Assembly: GCA_964395165.1 (NCBI GenBank)
Contig: CAYMZY010000001.1
Span: 1,695 to 65,694, forward strand
Direction of reading: 5' to 3'
DNA: 64,000 nucleotides
DNA from: an uncultured Bdellovibrionales bacterium
GTDB taxonomy: Bacteria > Patescibacteriota > Minisyncoccia > Moranbacterales > UBA1568
In this document: positions 1-10,077 of the stretch, piece by piece
Position numbering within the stretch: the first letter of the stretch is position 1
Layout of the letters: each line of letters starts with the position of its first letter
Translations under genes and position numbers: made by a program
Notes under the pieces: model-generated
What the model was told of the DNA's origin: nothing
Seen by the model: only the letters and a program-made list of their open reading frames with translations
The model's database searches: none

Positions 1-1
1 C

Positions 2-874
2 GAAGCCCTTAAAGGAATAGACCTTTCTATTGAGGAGGGGGATTTTTTCGCTTTGCTTGGTCCGAATGGTGCCGGAAAGACGACATTGATCAATATCTTG
101 TCCGGATTGGTGAATAAGACTTCTGGGAGGCTTTCGGTGCATGGCGTATCCATCGATGATGATGCCGCTCAAGCGAAATTGCAGGTCGGAGTCGTGCCTC
201 AGGAATTCAACTTCGGTATTTTTGAGAAAGTGCTTGATATCGTGCTTGACCAGGCCGGGTATTATGGGATTTCCCGTCGCCAGGCCTATCCGAATGCGAA
301 AAAGTATCTCACACAACTCGGGCTCTGGGAGAAGAAAGACGTGCAGGCGCGCGAGTTATCGGGTGGAATGAAGCGCCGGTTGATGATCGCCCGCGGGCTG
401 GTGCATGACCCCAGGTTTCTCATTCTTGATGAACCGACCGCCGGAGTAGATATCGAGCTGCGTCGAGGAATGTGGGATTTTTTGCGCGAACTCAATCGTG
501 ACAAGGGGGTGACCATTCTCCTTACGACGCACTATCTGGATGAAGCGGAGGAGCTCTGTCGGAATATGGCCATCATCAATCGGGGGGAAATCGTGGCATC
601 AGGATTGATCAAGGACCTGCTTGCGACGATGGAGGATGAATCGGTAATACTCGATCTGGACCGTTCTCCGGATGAGAAGACTCTTTCCGGTTTAGCCGTC
701 TTCCATCCTCGTGTGACCGAAAGGTCTCTTGAAGTGACCGTGAACAGACAGCATTCGATTTCCCAGTTGATGAGACTTCTTTCGGCTTCCGACCTCGAAG
801 TGCTCTCCCTCCGGAACGTGTCGAATCGTCTGGAAGCGTATTTTCTTCGGATGACGAAGAAGGGGAATGAATAA
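2..874 (+). CDS. ABC transporter ATP-binding protein (YadG-like), 5'-truncated by the window edge
   Basis: Frame is open from base 2 (EALKGIDLSIEEGDFFALLGPNGAGKTT). Walker A GPNGAGKT, signature LSGGMKRR, Walker B ILDEPT, H-loop TTHY. Confidence 0.93.
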   Translation, partial: EALKGIDLSIEEGDFFALLGPNGAGKTTLINILSGLVNKTSGRLSVHGVSIDDDAAQAKLQVGVVPQEFNFGIFEKVLDIVLDQAGYYGISRRQAYPNAKKYLTQLGLWEKKDVQARELSGGMKRRLMIARGLVHDPRFLILDEPTAGVDIELRRGMWDFLRELNRDKGVTILLTTHYLDEAEELCRNMAIINRGEIVASGLIKDLLATMEDESVILDLDRSPDEKTLSGLAVFHPRVTERSLEVTVNRQHSISQLMRLLSASDLEVLSLRNVSNRLEAYFLRMTKKGNE

Positions 875-895
875 ATCGGTTAGTATGCGTGCCAT

Positions 896-1669
896 ATGAA
901 TTTCAAACGGAACTTTGTCGCCTATCGGACCATCGTTCATAAGGAAGTAACCCGCATGCTGCGGGTGTGGACACAAACGCTTCTGCCGCCTATCGTCACG
1001 ATGACACTTTATTTCGTGGTGTTTGGGAAGTTTATCGGTTCGCAGGTGGCGAATATCGACGGTTTTTCCTACATGCAGTTCATCGTTCCGGGATTGGTGA
1101 TGATGTCGGTGGTCATGAACGCCTTCATGCATACCGTGTCCTCTTTCTATTTCGCCAAATTCCAGAAGACTATCGAGGAGATATTGGTATCGCCGACCCC
1201 GTACTGGGTGGTCATCGCCGGCTATGTTACCGGCGGAGTGGTACGGAGCCTTCTCACGGGCTCGCTTGTCCTCGGTGTAGCGCTTTTCTTTACGCGTATC
1301 CATTTCGCGCATTGGTCGGCTATCTTCTTGTTCGCGCTTTTGGCAGCTATTCTCTTTTCTCTTTTCGGTCTTATCAATGCGGTGTTCGCGAAGAGCTTCG
1401 ACGGAGTATTCATCATTCCGAATTTTGTTCTGACGCCGCTGACCTATCTCGGGGGGGTCTTTTACTCGGTGAAGCTGCTGCCAGAATTCTGGCAATCGGT
1501 GTCTCTTTGGAATCCGATGGTGTACATCATCAGCGGGTTTCGTTACGGTATACTCGGTATCGCCGATACGGATACCCGGCTGGCCTTCGGAATTCTCTTT
1601 TCATTCGTATGCGCGGCATTCGCTCTTGTTTGGTGGCTTTTCCGGACAGGAAAAGGCCTACGGGCCTGA
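896..1669 (+). CDS. ABC-2 type permease (YadH-like)
   Basis: About 6 TM helices; WTQTLLPP, YMQFIVPGL and LTPLTYLGGVFYS motifs; follows the ATPase. Confidence 0.92.
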   Translation: MNFKRNFVAYRTIVHKEVTRMLRVWTQTLLPPIVTMTLYFVVFGKFIGSQVANIDGFSYMQFIVPGLVMMSVVMNAFMHTVSSFYFAKFQKTIEEILVSPTPYWVVIAGYVTGGVVRSLLTGSLVLGVALFFTRIHFAHWSAIFLFALLAAILFSLFGLINAVFAKSFDGVFIIPNFVLTPLTYLGGVFYSVKLLPEFWQSVSLWNPMVYIISGFRYGILGIADTDTRLAFGILFSFVCAAFALVWWLFRTGKGLRA

Positions 1670-1692
1670 GATCCACAGGAGAAAACATCTGG

Positions 1693-1721
1693 TTGCATTT
1701 TTCAGTGAAATGTGCTACCAT
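1693..1721 (+). promoter_or_regulatory. sigma70-type promoter of the RRM gene
   Basis: TTGCAT-17 nt-TACCAT with an extended TG. Confidence 0.6.
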
Positions 1722-1869
1722 GGAAGTAAGTAAGTTTTCTTTCGAGTCCCGCAGCAGAGGGTGGGATAGCGTTCGCAAGCGTTTCTCGGTGGCGAAGTTG
1801 TTGCTTCTCCTAGTCAAGTGCCAAGAAGGAAGGTCGTCTTACGGTGTAATCAGTTCGAAGCAACACAGT

Positions 1870-2136
1870 ATGTCAACAAAGTTGTATGTCGGCGGTATCT
1901 CATACCGCTCGACTGAGGATTCGCTCGCTGAAGCTTTCGCGCAGGCCGGTTCGGTCGTATCCGCGAAAATCATCACCGATCGCATGACTGGTCGCTCGCG
2001 CGGTTTCGGGTTCGTCGAAATGGGGGCCCCGGAAGAAGCGCAGCGTGCCATCGACATGTGGAATGGCAAAGAACTTGATGGTCGCACTTTGACCGTCAAT
2101 GAAGCCCGACCGCTTGAAGATCGTCCACGGAACTAG
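1870..2136 (+). CDS. RNA-binding protein, single RRM domain (88 aa)
   Basis: RNP2 KLYVGGI, RNP1 RGFGFVEM, C-terminal GRTLTVNEARP. The ATG at 1870 is the likely start inside the over-extended 967..2136 ORF. Confidence 0.95.
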   Translation: MSTKLYVGGISYRSTEDSLAEAFAQAGSVVSAKIITDRMTGRSRGFGFVEMGAPEEAQRAIDMWNGKELDGRTLTVNEARPLEDRPRN

Positions 2137-2158
2137 TTTTTGTTCCGGTGTGATACGA

Positions 2159-2193
2159 AAAGGACTCTGGCAGGAATGCAGGGGTCCTTTTTT
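2159..2193 (+). terminator. Intrinsic terminator
   Basis: AAAGGACTCTG...CAGGGGTCCTTT stem followed by a T-run. Confidence 0.7.
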
Positions 2194-2310
2194 ATCGCTG
2201 AAAAAAAGCAGTGAGTAGCGGGTTTGTCTCCGGTTAGGCGAGGTTTTTTCTGTCGCATGTGATGAGCTTCGGGGATAGTGTATACTGGAAAGGAATTATC
2301 CTGACGCTCT

Positions 2311-2670
2311 ATGCAAAGAATACTCCTGTTCATTCTCTCTTTCGGTTTTATCGGAGTTGGCCTGTTCGGTTTCACCTGCGGATCATTGCCGGGGACTCTC
2401 GATATCGATCCGCTGCACAATATCGGTTACATCCTCTCCGGTCTTCTGGCTCTCGCATCCGTGATGCTTGGGGAGAGGGCGATTCGCTTTTACTCCCGTT
2501 CTTTCGGTCTGATCTACCTGATAGTTTCGGTTATCGGGTTTTTCGAACCAACCCGTTTCATTTGCGGATTTTTCGTTTTGGGCCTTTCGAACTACTGGCT
2601 TCATGCTGGTATCGCCTTTTTGCTTTTTTGGATTGGGTTTTCTTGGTATCCCGAAAAGAAAGCAGTCTGA
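2311..2670 (+). CDS. DUF4383-like small membrane protein
   Basis: 4 TM helices with LHNIGYILSG and NYWLHAGIA motifs; TATACT -10 at 2281. Confidence 0.7.
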   Translation: MQRILLFILSFGFIGVGLFGFTCGSLPGTLDIDPLHNIGYILSGLLALASVMLGERAIRFYSRSFGLIYLIVSVIGFFEPTRFICGFFVLGLSNYWLHAGIAFLLFWIGFSWYPEKKAV

Positions 2671-2760
2671 TATAAGACGTGTTTTCGAGCATACGGCAAG
2701 TCAGTTTGAGAGAAGACAGATAGGTTGAGTTATATAAAAAACGAATTAACACCAACATCT

Positions 2761-3921
2761 ATGTACAGGGTCTCCTCTCTTTTTTTGGCAGCGGTATGCA
2801 TCGGCTGTTTCGGATTCGGGAGTCAGACATTTGCCTTGGGGGAGTCATGTACTTCACCTGATACGCCAGGAACCGGTGTCTGTGCAGATTATGATGATCG
2901 GGAAGCGTTCGATGTATCGCGTTTCTGCAGCCCTATCGCTTTTCCTGGTAATTCATCCTGTGCATCGGGTTCTGGTTTCATCGTATGCGCCTTTAATTGT
3001 TCACCAGCATATTCTCCCGGTAGCGGTCCGAGTGATTCTTCCGGCAGTGGTCCGAGTGATTCCGACACAGGGGGACCTGGCGCAGCTTCCGGCAGCGGTC
3101 CGAGTGATTCTGACACGGGTTCTTCCTGGGATTGGTTCGGTACCGATTCAGGCTCTCCTTCCGAATCCGATGGCACTCCGGGTACGGGCTCTCCTTCCGG
3201 ACCTTCCACATCGGGAAGCGGTCCGAGCTCAAGCAGTGGCTCCGGAGCGTCGCCCTGTCGTGGCAGTAGTGGGCGAACGGGTTCCTGTGTCGCGTCCTGC
3301 TCCTCTCCTTCCGATCTCATTTCCCCGGCTTCCGGCTGTGCGACAGGACAATCCTGTTGTGCCGGAGCGGCAGCAGCCACTGGGAGCGGGGCGGGGGCTG
3401 GCGGTGGAACAAAGACTATTTCGATAAAAAATCCGGTAGCGTTCAACACGGTAGAGGCCTTGCTCTCAGGAGGAATCCTTCCCTGGCTTCAGGGAATCGT
3501 CGCGACGATCGCCCTTGTTTTCTTTGTCATCGGAGCGGTCATGTATATGACTGGCGGAGTGGATGAGGGTAATGTCAAACAGGGGAAAGCCACCATGACT
3601 GCTGCTCTTGCTGGTTTCGCTCTCGCGCTCGCCGCGCCGACCTTTCTTAAGGAAATTTACGGTATTTTTGGGGCTTCTTCTTCGACTGCTGGCCCGACCC
3701 TGATCGGCATATCACTTAATGTCTTGAAGTTTCTTATTTCCATTGTTGGTATTCTCGGGACCATTATGCTCGTCGTCAGTGGCCTTTCCTACATGGGTTC
3801 CGCCGGAGCGGATGATAAAGCGAAATCAGCTAAAAAAATGGCGACCTATGCTGTTATCGGTATCGCCCTCGCTTTGGCCGCATTGATTATCATCCGGCAA
3901 GTTACGAAATTCTTTTCGTAG
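2761..3921 (+). CDS. Secreted Cys/Ser/Gly-rich protein with two C-terminal TrbC/VirB2-like pilin domains
   Basis: Signal-like N-terminus, two Cys clusters and an SGPSD linker, then two hydrophobic hairpins (IALVFFVIGAVMYMTGG..KQGKATMTAALAG; LGTIMLVVSGLSYMGSAG..KSAKKMATYAVIG). Confidence 0.75.
   Translation: MYRVSSLFLAAVCIGCFGFGSQTFALGESCTSPDTPGTGVCADYDDREAFDVSRFCSPIAFPGNSSCASGSGFIVCAFNCSPAYSPGSGPSDSSGSGPSDSDTGGPGAASGSGPSDSDTGSSWDWFGTDSGSPSESDGTPGTGSPSGPSTSGSGPSSSSGSGASPCRGSSGRTGSCVASCSSPSDLISPASGCATGQSCCAGAAAATGSGAGAGGGTKTISIKNPVAFNTVEALLSGGILPWLQGIVATIALVFFVIGAVMYMTGGVDEGNVKQGKATMTAALAGFALALAAPTFLKEIYGIFGASSSTAGPTLIGISLNVLKFLISIVGILGTIMLVVSGLSYMGSAGADDKAKSAKKMATYAVIGIALALAALIIIRQVTKFFS
3018..3120 (+). 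repeat. Intragenic degenerate repeats encoding SGSGPSDS(DT)
   Basis: Three copies of ggtccgagtgattc within about 100 bp. Confidence 0.8.
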
Positions 3922-3941
3922 TAGTTTCAGAGAAGACCGTG

Positions 3942-4751
3942 TCAGAGGAAATGAGCGGATTTCATCGATCGCGAAGAGGAAAATACAGATGTGTTCCGGG
4001 CAAAAACGATGCCGAAAACTTTTCGGGCGCCGGCTCGTTTGAGCGTTTTTGCGCAGGCGTCAAGCGTGCTTGAGGTCGTCGCGATATCGTCGATGAGCCA
4101 GAGAGATTGTCCTTTGATGACGGAACGGGCCGGTTTCGGTACAGAGAAAGCATCTTTGATGTTGTGTTTTCGGGAGATAGCATCAGGCATTTTTTGTTGT
4201 GGAAGTGTGAATCGGTGACGTATGAGACTTTTTGTGTCGAAAGGGATCGTTGTTCCTGGTAGGAGTAAGGCAGCGAGAGAATGACCGAGGAGTTCGGATT
4301 GATTGAAACCGCGATAACGGAGTTTCCATGGATGGAGCGGGACAGGGAGAATGCGATCGGGAAGCGGAAGTCCGGATGTAGCGACTGCTCGTATGAAGAG
4401 CCGAGAAAGAGGTCGGGAAAGGGATTCGAGAGAGCGGTACTTGAAAGCGTGCAAGGCGGTACTTACGAGGGTTTGCCGATGATCGTATGCGACGAAGACT
4501 CCATCGAGGCTGTTGCTCGAGGAACAGGCGAAGCAGATCTCACCATGGGGGGTAATGTGTCTGTGACAGGAAGGACAGGACTGTTCGAAGAGCGGTCTGA
4601 TTTTTGAACAGCACGCCGGGCAGAGGAGTTCGGCTTCTTTTCCGCAGCCGAGACAGGAAAGTGGGAAGAAAGTATCAAGTATGAGGCGCTTCAAGATACG
4701 CGCGGAGCGGAAAAGAGAAAATCGGGAAGTGGTTTTTATTTGGCGTGACAC
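3942..4751 (-). CDS. comF: ComF family competence protein (zinc ribbon plus PRTase fold)
   Basis: CxxC pairs, PVPLH..RGFNQS, LIDDIATTSSTL; start codon uncertain. Confidence 0.9.
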   Translation of the reverse strand: MSRQIKTTSRFSLFRSARILKRLILDTFFPLSCLGCGKEAELLCPACCSKIRPLFEQSCPSCHRHITPHGEICFACSSSNSLDGVFVAYDHRQTLVSTALHAFKYRSLESLSRPLSRLFIRAVATSGLPLPDRILPVPLHPWKLRYRGFNQSELLGHSLAALLLPGTTIPFDTKSLIRHRFTLPQQKMPDAISRKHNIKDAFSVPKPARSVIKGQSLWLIDDIATTSSTLDACAKTLKRAGARKVFGIVFARNTSVFSSSRSMKSAHFL

Positions 4752-7210
4752 ACGAGAATGTTGCGGTGAATCGAGAACGTGATATGAGTAGCAGAGCTCT
4801 TGATGAGGGTTTCTGCGAGGGGGTATTCGACCAGTGTCTCGATACTCTTCCGGATGAGACGGGCTCCGTGTTGCGGGGAAAAGCTCTGTTTAGCGAGGAA
4901 CGGAACGACTTCTTTGGTGAATGTCAGAAGCACGCCCTTTTTTTCCAGTCGTTTTTTGAGCGCGTCCAGTTCGAGTCGGGTGATGGCTTCGAGGGCGCGC
5001 TGATCAAGCGGTTGAAAAACCAGAGTCTCTCCGATTCGGGCGAGAAGTTCCGGACGGAGGGTTTTTTTGAGATCAGTCAGTACGGTATGGCGGATGTTTT
5101 CGAATCGAGCTGCGATGTCTCCCACACCGAAGTGTTTTTTGAACCCGATGGCGGAGGATTCGGTGAAGGCTGTCGTACCGATATTCGAAGTGATAAGGAT
5201 GAGAGCGTTTTTGAAGCTTACCTGTCGACCTTCAGCGTCAGTCAGCATGCCTTCATCCAGGATCTGGAGGAGGATGTTGAGAACATCCGGATGGGCTTTC
5301 TCGATTTCGTCGAAGAGAACGACGGAAGACGGGTTTCGCCGGACGCGTTCGGTGAGTCTACCGCCATCGCCGTAGCCGATGTAGCCGGCAGGAGAACCGA
5401 TCATCTGTGCGACACTGTGTTTTTCCATGAATTCGCTCATATCGATACGTATGAGACTCTGTTCGTTGCCGAAATATTCTCTGGCGAGTATTTTGGCAAG
5501 ATGTGTCTTCCCGACACCGGTCGGGCCGAGCAAGAGGAATGATCCGATAGGTCGTCCGGGAAAGTGGATCCCTGAAAGCGAACGGGTAAGCGAACGGGTG
5601 ATCGTTTTTGAGACATCGTCCTGGCCGACAAGCTCTCGTGCGAGAGTCCGTTTCAGCGAGGTGAGTTTGCGGTTCGGAGCCTGCCCGGAGAGTTTTTCGA
5701 CAGGGATTCCGGTCATGCGCGAGAGAGCGAGAAAGACATGTGTTTCAGTGACGGGTACGGATGATAGGGGATTCTTTTTGGTTGTCTCCGAGAGTGTCTT
5801 GAGGCGTTCCTTGACCTGTTGTTCCTCCTTATGCCACGAAAAAGCTTCATCGAAATTGCCTTCTTTAACGAAGCGTTCCTTGGCAAGGCTGGCATCCTGG
5901 CACTGTCGGGAGAGGAGCGAGAACGTGGTTCCTTGCTTGAAGTTGCTTCCCGAAGTCGTTCCAGCTCGAGCGGACGCCTCATCGAGGATATCGAATGCCT
6001 TGTCTGGGAAGAAACGATCTGGCACCGATCGGGACGCGAGATCGACTATGAGTGCGATGATTTCCGGAGAGAGGGCGACCCGATGATGGTTTTCGTAGAG
6101 GGATTTCGACGCTTCAAGGATGTCGATGGTCTCTTCGGCGGTAGGTTCCCGGATGATAAGGGGCTGGAATCGCCGTTCGAGTGCAGCGTCTTTTTCGATA
6201 TACTTTTTATATTCGGTGAAAGTGGTGGCTCCGATGCAGCGGATGTCGCCGCGAGCGAGAGCTGGCTTGAGGATATTGGCTGCGTCGAGGCTTCCGTTTG
6301 CATTTCCGGCGCCGACCAGAGTATGGATTTCATCGATGAAGAGGATGATATCGGTATGAGCTTTTGTCTCAGCCATGATGTCTTTCAGACGGGTTTCGAA
6401 TTCGCCGCGAAAGTTCGTTCCTGCGACGATGAGTGCGAGGTCGAGAGAGAGGATACGTTTTCCAAGGAGCGATGGGGGAACTTCTCCTTGGGAGATTCGG
6501 TCAGCAAGGGCTGCGACCAGAGCCGTTTTTCCGACACCTGGCTCTCCGATGAGAAGGGGGTTGTTTTTGGTACGTCGAGAAAGGATGGTGATCAGGCGAT
6601 CGATTTCCATTTCCCGTCCGACGAGGATGTTCTGCTTGTCTTGGGTTTTGGTATCGGTGGCGAACTGATCGAGGCCGGGCGTTCCGGATCTTTTTTTCGA
6701 AGGGACTCTTGAGAGAATGTTTTCCGAAGTTTCAAAGAGCCCGGGAAGTTCCGGGAAGTGTTCGAAATGGAGGTGATTTTCGAGAGAGGATACCGCCTTT
6801 GAAAGATCGATTTCGAAAGCGCCTGTAACGAGATGGATATCCTCGTTATCCGAGTTTATGAGTGCTGAGACGATGTGTTCTGTTCCGACATAGGGGAAGG
6901 AACGGGTGTGAGCGAGCTGATAGGCATTCCGGAGAATCGTTCTTGTGGCAGGCGAGAGAGAGGGAATGAAACGGGCAGGCAGACGCTCCGATTTTTTGTG
7001 CTTGAGGCAAATCTTTCCGAGCCGTTCTTTTTCGAAGCCGATATTCTCGAGAAGGAAGCTGCCGAGACTTCCGTTTTCAAGGAAAATGGCAAGAAGAAGG
7101 TGTTTCGGTTCGATAGTCCTGCTTTTGGAATATGAGGCGATATCGCGCGATTCCTTGAGGGCGTGACGGGCGTGAAGGGAGAGTTTTTCGAGAAAAGGGG
7201 TGGTAAACAT
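4736..7210 (-). CDS. clpC: ATP-dependent Clp protease ATP-binding subunit
   Basis: Clp-N repeats, two AAA modules ([16 protein letters not shown]), [13 protein letters not shown] loop. Confidence 0.92.
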   Translation of the reverse strand: MFTTPFLEKLSLHARHALKESRDIASYSKSRTIEPKHLLLAIFLENGSLGSFLLENIGFEKERLGKICLKHKKSERLPARFIPSLSPATRTILRNAYQLAHTRSFPYVGTEHIVSALINSDNEDIHLVTGAFEIDLSKAVSSLENHLHFEHFPELPGLFETSENILSRVPSKKRSGTPGLDQFATDTKTQDKQNILVGREMEIDRLITILSRRTKNNPLLIGEPGVGKTALVAALADRISQGEVPPSLLGKRILSLDLALIVAGTNFRGEFETRLKDIMAETKAHTDIILFIDEIHTLVGAGNANGSLDAANILKPALARGDIRCIGATTFTEYKKYIEKDAALERRFQPLIIREPTAEETIDILEASKSLYENHHRVALSPEIIALIVDLASRSVPDRFFPDKAFDILDEASARAGTTSGSNFKQGTTFSLLSRQCQDASLAKERFVKEGNFDEAFSWHKEEQQVKERLKTLSETTKKNPLSSVPVTETHVFLALSRMTGIPVEKLSGQAPNRKLTSLKRTLARELVGQDDVSKTITRSLTRSLSGIHFPGRPIGSFLLLGPTGVGKTHLAKILAREYFGNEQSLIRIDMSEFMEKHSVAQMIGSPAGYIGYGDGGRLTERVRRNPSSVVLFDEIEKAHPDVLNILLQILDEGMLTDAEGRQVSFKNALILITSNIGTTAFTESSAIGFKKHFGVGDIAARFENIRHTVLTDLKKTLRPELLARIGETLVFQPLDQRALEAITRLELDALKKRLEKKGVLLTFTKEVVPFLAKQSFSPQHGARLIRKSIETLVEYPLAETLIKSSATHITFSIHRNILVCHAK

Positions 7211-7452
7211 AGGTATACGGAAAAGGAAAGGTCATCTCTTTTGAGTAGGCGTATTCTATTTTTTTGCAGGCACTCTGTCAATGAAAAGTAGGATTCGGAC
7301 TCGCCGGGTACGTTTCGGCCGAGCCATTCGTTTTTTGGAAGGAGAAGAGTGACGGCCATCGCGTTTTTGACTTCCGAAGAGCTCGTTGGACTTCCATATC
7401 TTGGTACAAATGTGATAAGATTGAGACTGGTGAAATACAAAGAGAAAAACAC

Positions 7453-8574
7453 ATGCCTTTTTTTGGGAATCCTCGTTTTTTGGGAATCGATTTCGGGACT
7501 GCCGCTTTGAAGGTGGTCGAGCTTGAACTTATCGGTGGAAAACCGGTCCTGGTGAACTATGGAGTGGCTGATTTTTCGCATCTGGAAGAGGAACTTAAGA
7601 ATGCGACATATACCTATGATGAGGCGGTGAGTCTCTATCTCCATGCTCTTCTGGTGAAAATGCAGCCGAAGACCAACAGCGCATATATCGCGATGCCAGC
7701 GTATACGGGGCTGATAACGCTCGTCGAGTTTCCGGAGTTGGACGAGACGCAGATGAGCGAGGCGGTACAATTCGAGGCGCACAAGTATGTGCCGGCCACA
7801 TCGCTTGACGATGTCGCTCTTTCGTGGGAAGTCATCGAGCGACGGAAGGGAAGCGAAGGGGAAATGATCATGGAAGTTCTTCTGGTGGCTGCTCTCAGGA
7901 AGGAAGTCAATCGGTATCAGTCATATATTCGACAGGAGTCCCTGGAAATGAGCCTGCTTGAAATAGAGACATTCGCGATTGTGCGGGCTTTGCTTGAAAA
8001 AAGTTCCGGATCTGGAGCGAAGATCTTGATCGATATCGGGTCTCGCGCGACGAATATCATCTTGACGAATGATGGTTCGGTGAAACTGAGTCGGAACATC
8101 GATACGGGCGGGAAGGATATGACGAGGACTTTGGCGGATACGATTGAGGTGGCTCGATCTCGTGCGGAGGAACTCAAGAAGAGCGGGAAGGATTTTTTGA
8201 ATCAACGGGAGTCGGCTGTCGTATTCCCGACACTGCAGGTGGTAATCACGGAAACGAAGCGAGTCATCGCTTCCCATGAGGAAAAGCATCCTGAATCGAA
8301 AGTGACGGAAATCATCCTCTCGGGCGGGTCGTCCCGATTGGCCGGTATCGTCGAGTATTTTTCGTCGATATTCGAGCTTCCAGTCAGTATCGGGCATCCT
8401 TGGTCGAAGATCCAAGCGACGGAAAAACAACAAGCAATGATTCACGAGACGGATACTTCGTTTGCGGTAGCGATCGGGCTGGCATTGGGAGGGGTGGAAA
8501 GCTCCATCAATGAAAAAAAACAGAATAAAGGTTTTTTTGGAGGGCTGGATGCCATGTTTCAGAAGAAAATATAG
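7453..8574 (+). CDS. pilM: Type IV pilus assembly protein PilM
   Basis: Actin-like motifs LGIDFG..LKVVEL, IDIGSRATN, ILSGGSS, AVAIGLALG. Confidence 0.93.
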   Translation: MPFFGNPRFLGIDFGTAALKVVELELIGGKPVLVNYGVADFSHLEEELKNATYTYDEAVSLYLHALLVKMQPKTNSAYIAMPAYTGLITLVEFPELDETQMSEAVQFEAHKYVPATSLDDVALSWEVIERRKGSEGEMIMEVLLVAALRKEVNRYQSYIRQESLEMSLLEIETFAIVRALLEKSSGSGAKILIDIGSRATNIILTNDGSVKLSRNIDTGGKDMTRTLADTIEVARSRAEELKKSGKDFLNQRESAVVFPTLQVVITETKRVIASHEEKHPESKVTEIILSGGSSRLAGIVEYFSSIFELPVSIGHPWSKIQATEKQQAMIHETDTSFAVAIGLALGGVESSINEKKQNKGFFGGLDAMFQKKI

Positions 8575-8616
8575 TATAATATCAATCGGGTCGGTCATAA
8601 AATAAAACAGAAGCGT

Positions 8617-9171
8617 ATGCCAGGAGTGAATCTGTCACAATCTATCGCGGAAAAGTCGGCGTATCAGACGAAGAGCGGGAGCGATAAAGGGCGTCTGGTT
8701 ATGTTTGGTATGTTTTTTTTGACGCTGCTTGTCTGGGGAGGTGTGCGAGCCGGTCTGTTTTCTTACGAGAAGAAGATCATGGCGATTCAGCAGGAGATAG
8801 AGGTGAAGAAATCGGGTTTTGGCGGCGCCGTGATCAGTGATATCGCTGATGTGGACGCCCGTCTCGCTCTGGTTAATCAGGAAAAGGCAACTCAGACTTA
8901 TCCGAAAGTCATTTTGACGGGACTTGAAGCAACGGTCTTACCGGTGAATCGTCTGACGAATTTTGATTATGACTTCGAGAAGAGCCTTATCCATATCGTA
9001 GGTGAGGCTCCCGGGTATAAAGAGGTGGCGCAGCAGCTAATGGTGTTTAAGACCTCGCCGCTTTTTTCGGATGTTGTCGTCTCGAGCCTTTCTCGTACGA
9101 AAGATGAAGAAGATGTTTCATCCGTAGTGGTTTTTGATATTACCCTGGTTTGGAACAAGAAGGATAAATAA
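8617..9171 (+). CDS. pilN: PilN-like protein
   Basis: N-terminal VNL motif, one TM helix, coiled coil and a C-terminal ferredoxin-like GEA..VAQ..FSDV segment; follows pilM. Confidence 0.75.
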   Translation: MPGVNLSQSIAEKSAYQTKSGSDKGRLVMFGMFFLTLLVWGGVRAGLFSYEKKIMAIQQEIEVKKSGFGGAVISDIADVDARLALVNQEKATQTYPKVILTGLEATVLPVNRLTNFDYDFEKSLIHIVGEAPGYKEVAQQLMVFKTSPLFSDVVVSSLSRTKDEEDVSSVVVFDITLVWNKKDK

Positions 9172-9187
9172 TTTTTATTGTATACGT

Positions 9188-10042
9188 ATGAGTCTCAAAC
9201 TTCTCGCCATACCCCTTCTCGTCATCTCCATCCTGGTGATCGCCATCAGTTACGTAAAGCCGGACCTCGTTCTCTTATCTGAAAAAAGACGTCAACTGGA
9301 ACACTTCCGGCTCCAAGCAGCCTCGCTCGATAGGATTTCATCCAATATCAAGTCGATGCAAACGCAGATAGCGACTAGTAACTCCGACCCTGGATCCCAG
9401 GTGACGGATGCCGATTTCTTGCGTCAGGTCTATTTCCCGGCTGTTTCGGATATCGAGAAGGGAATCGATCAGTTGAATTTTCTGGCCGATCAGAGCGGGG
9501 TTGCCGTGAGTGATATACAGGTGCAGGATGTGGAAAAGAAATCAGCTGTCTCGGCTCTAGGAGGCCTGGAGGATAGCGCAAGTGGTAGTGCCGAGCTTCT
9601 GATTGCAAATGAATCCGACGTTGCGGTAGAGGCGGTTCCGGTCGCCATACATCGGACATATACCCCGGATACTTTCATAGTTACCATCGAAACCGTCGGT
9701 TCCTACGAGGCAACAAAGGATTTCTACGCTCGCCTGGTTCAGGCAAAGCGTTTTTTCTTTCCAAAGGTAATGAAACTTGCCAATAAGGACCAGGGGAGCT
9801 CCGGTTTCCCTGGAACGGAAAAGAAAGAGGATGTCTCTTCGGATACCCTGGTTTCAAGTGTGGAAGTCGAGTTTTCGGTTCTTCCAACGGTATCGGTCGC
9901 CTCCGCTGTCGGGGATGATGCTTTCGAGAAAGCGAAACTTGATTTCGAGACGTTGGCGATGATTCGTCAGGATCAGCAGGGAGTGACGCCGGCTTTGCCT
10001 GCGGCTAATACTCTCGGGAAGACGAACTTGTTCGTTAAGTAG
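9188..10042 (+). CDS. pilO: PilO-like protein
   Basis: One TM helix plus coiled coil; LADQSGVAVSDI and VGSYEATKDF motifs; synteny with pilMN. Confidence 0.7.
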   Translation: MSLKLLAIPLLVISILVIAISYVKPDLVLLSEKRRQLEHFRLQAASLDRISSNIKSMQTQIATSNSDPGSQVTDADFLRQVYFPAVSDIEKGIDQLNFLADQSGVAVSDIQVQDVEKKSAVSALGGLEDSASGSAELLIANESDVAVEAVPVAIHRTYTPDTFIVTIETVGSYEATKDFYARLVQAKRFFFPKVMKLANKDQGSSGFPGTEKKEDVSSDTLVSSVEVEFSVLPTVSVASAVGDDAFEKAKLDFETLAMIRQDQQGVTPALPAANTLGKTNLFVK

Positions 10043-10077
10043 ATCGGACAGTCCGACTTATAAGAAGAGGGCATCCT

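Noticed and set aside
1741-1752. TTCGAGTCCC resembling a tRNA T-arm
   Set aside because: No matching T-stem, D-arm or acceptor stem, so not a tRNA.
967-1869. 389-aa ORF suggesting a long N-terminal extension of the RRM protein
   Set aside because: It overlaps the permease out of frame and crosses a promoter; only the part from ATG 1870 is protein-like.
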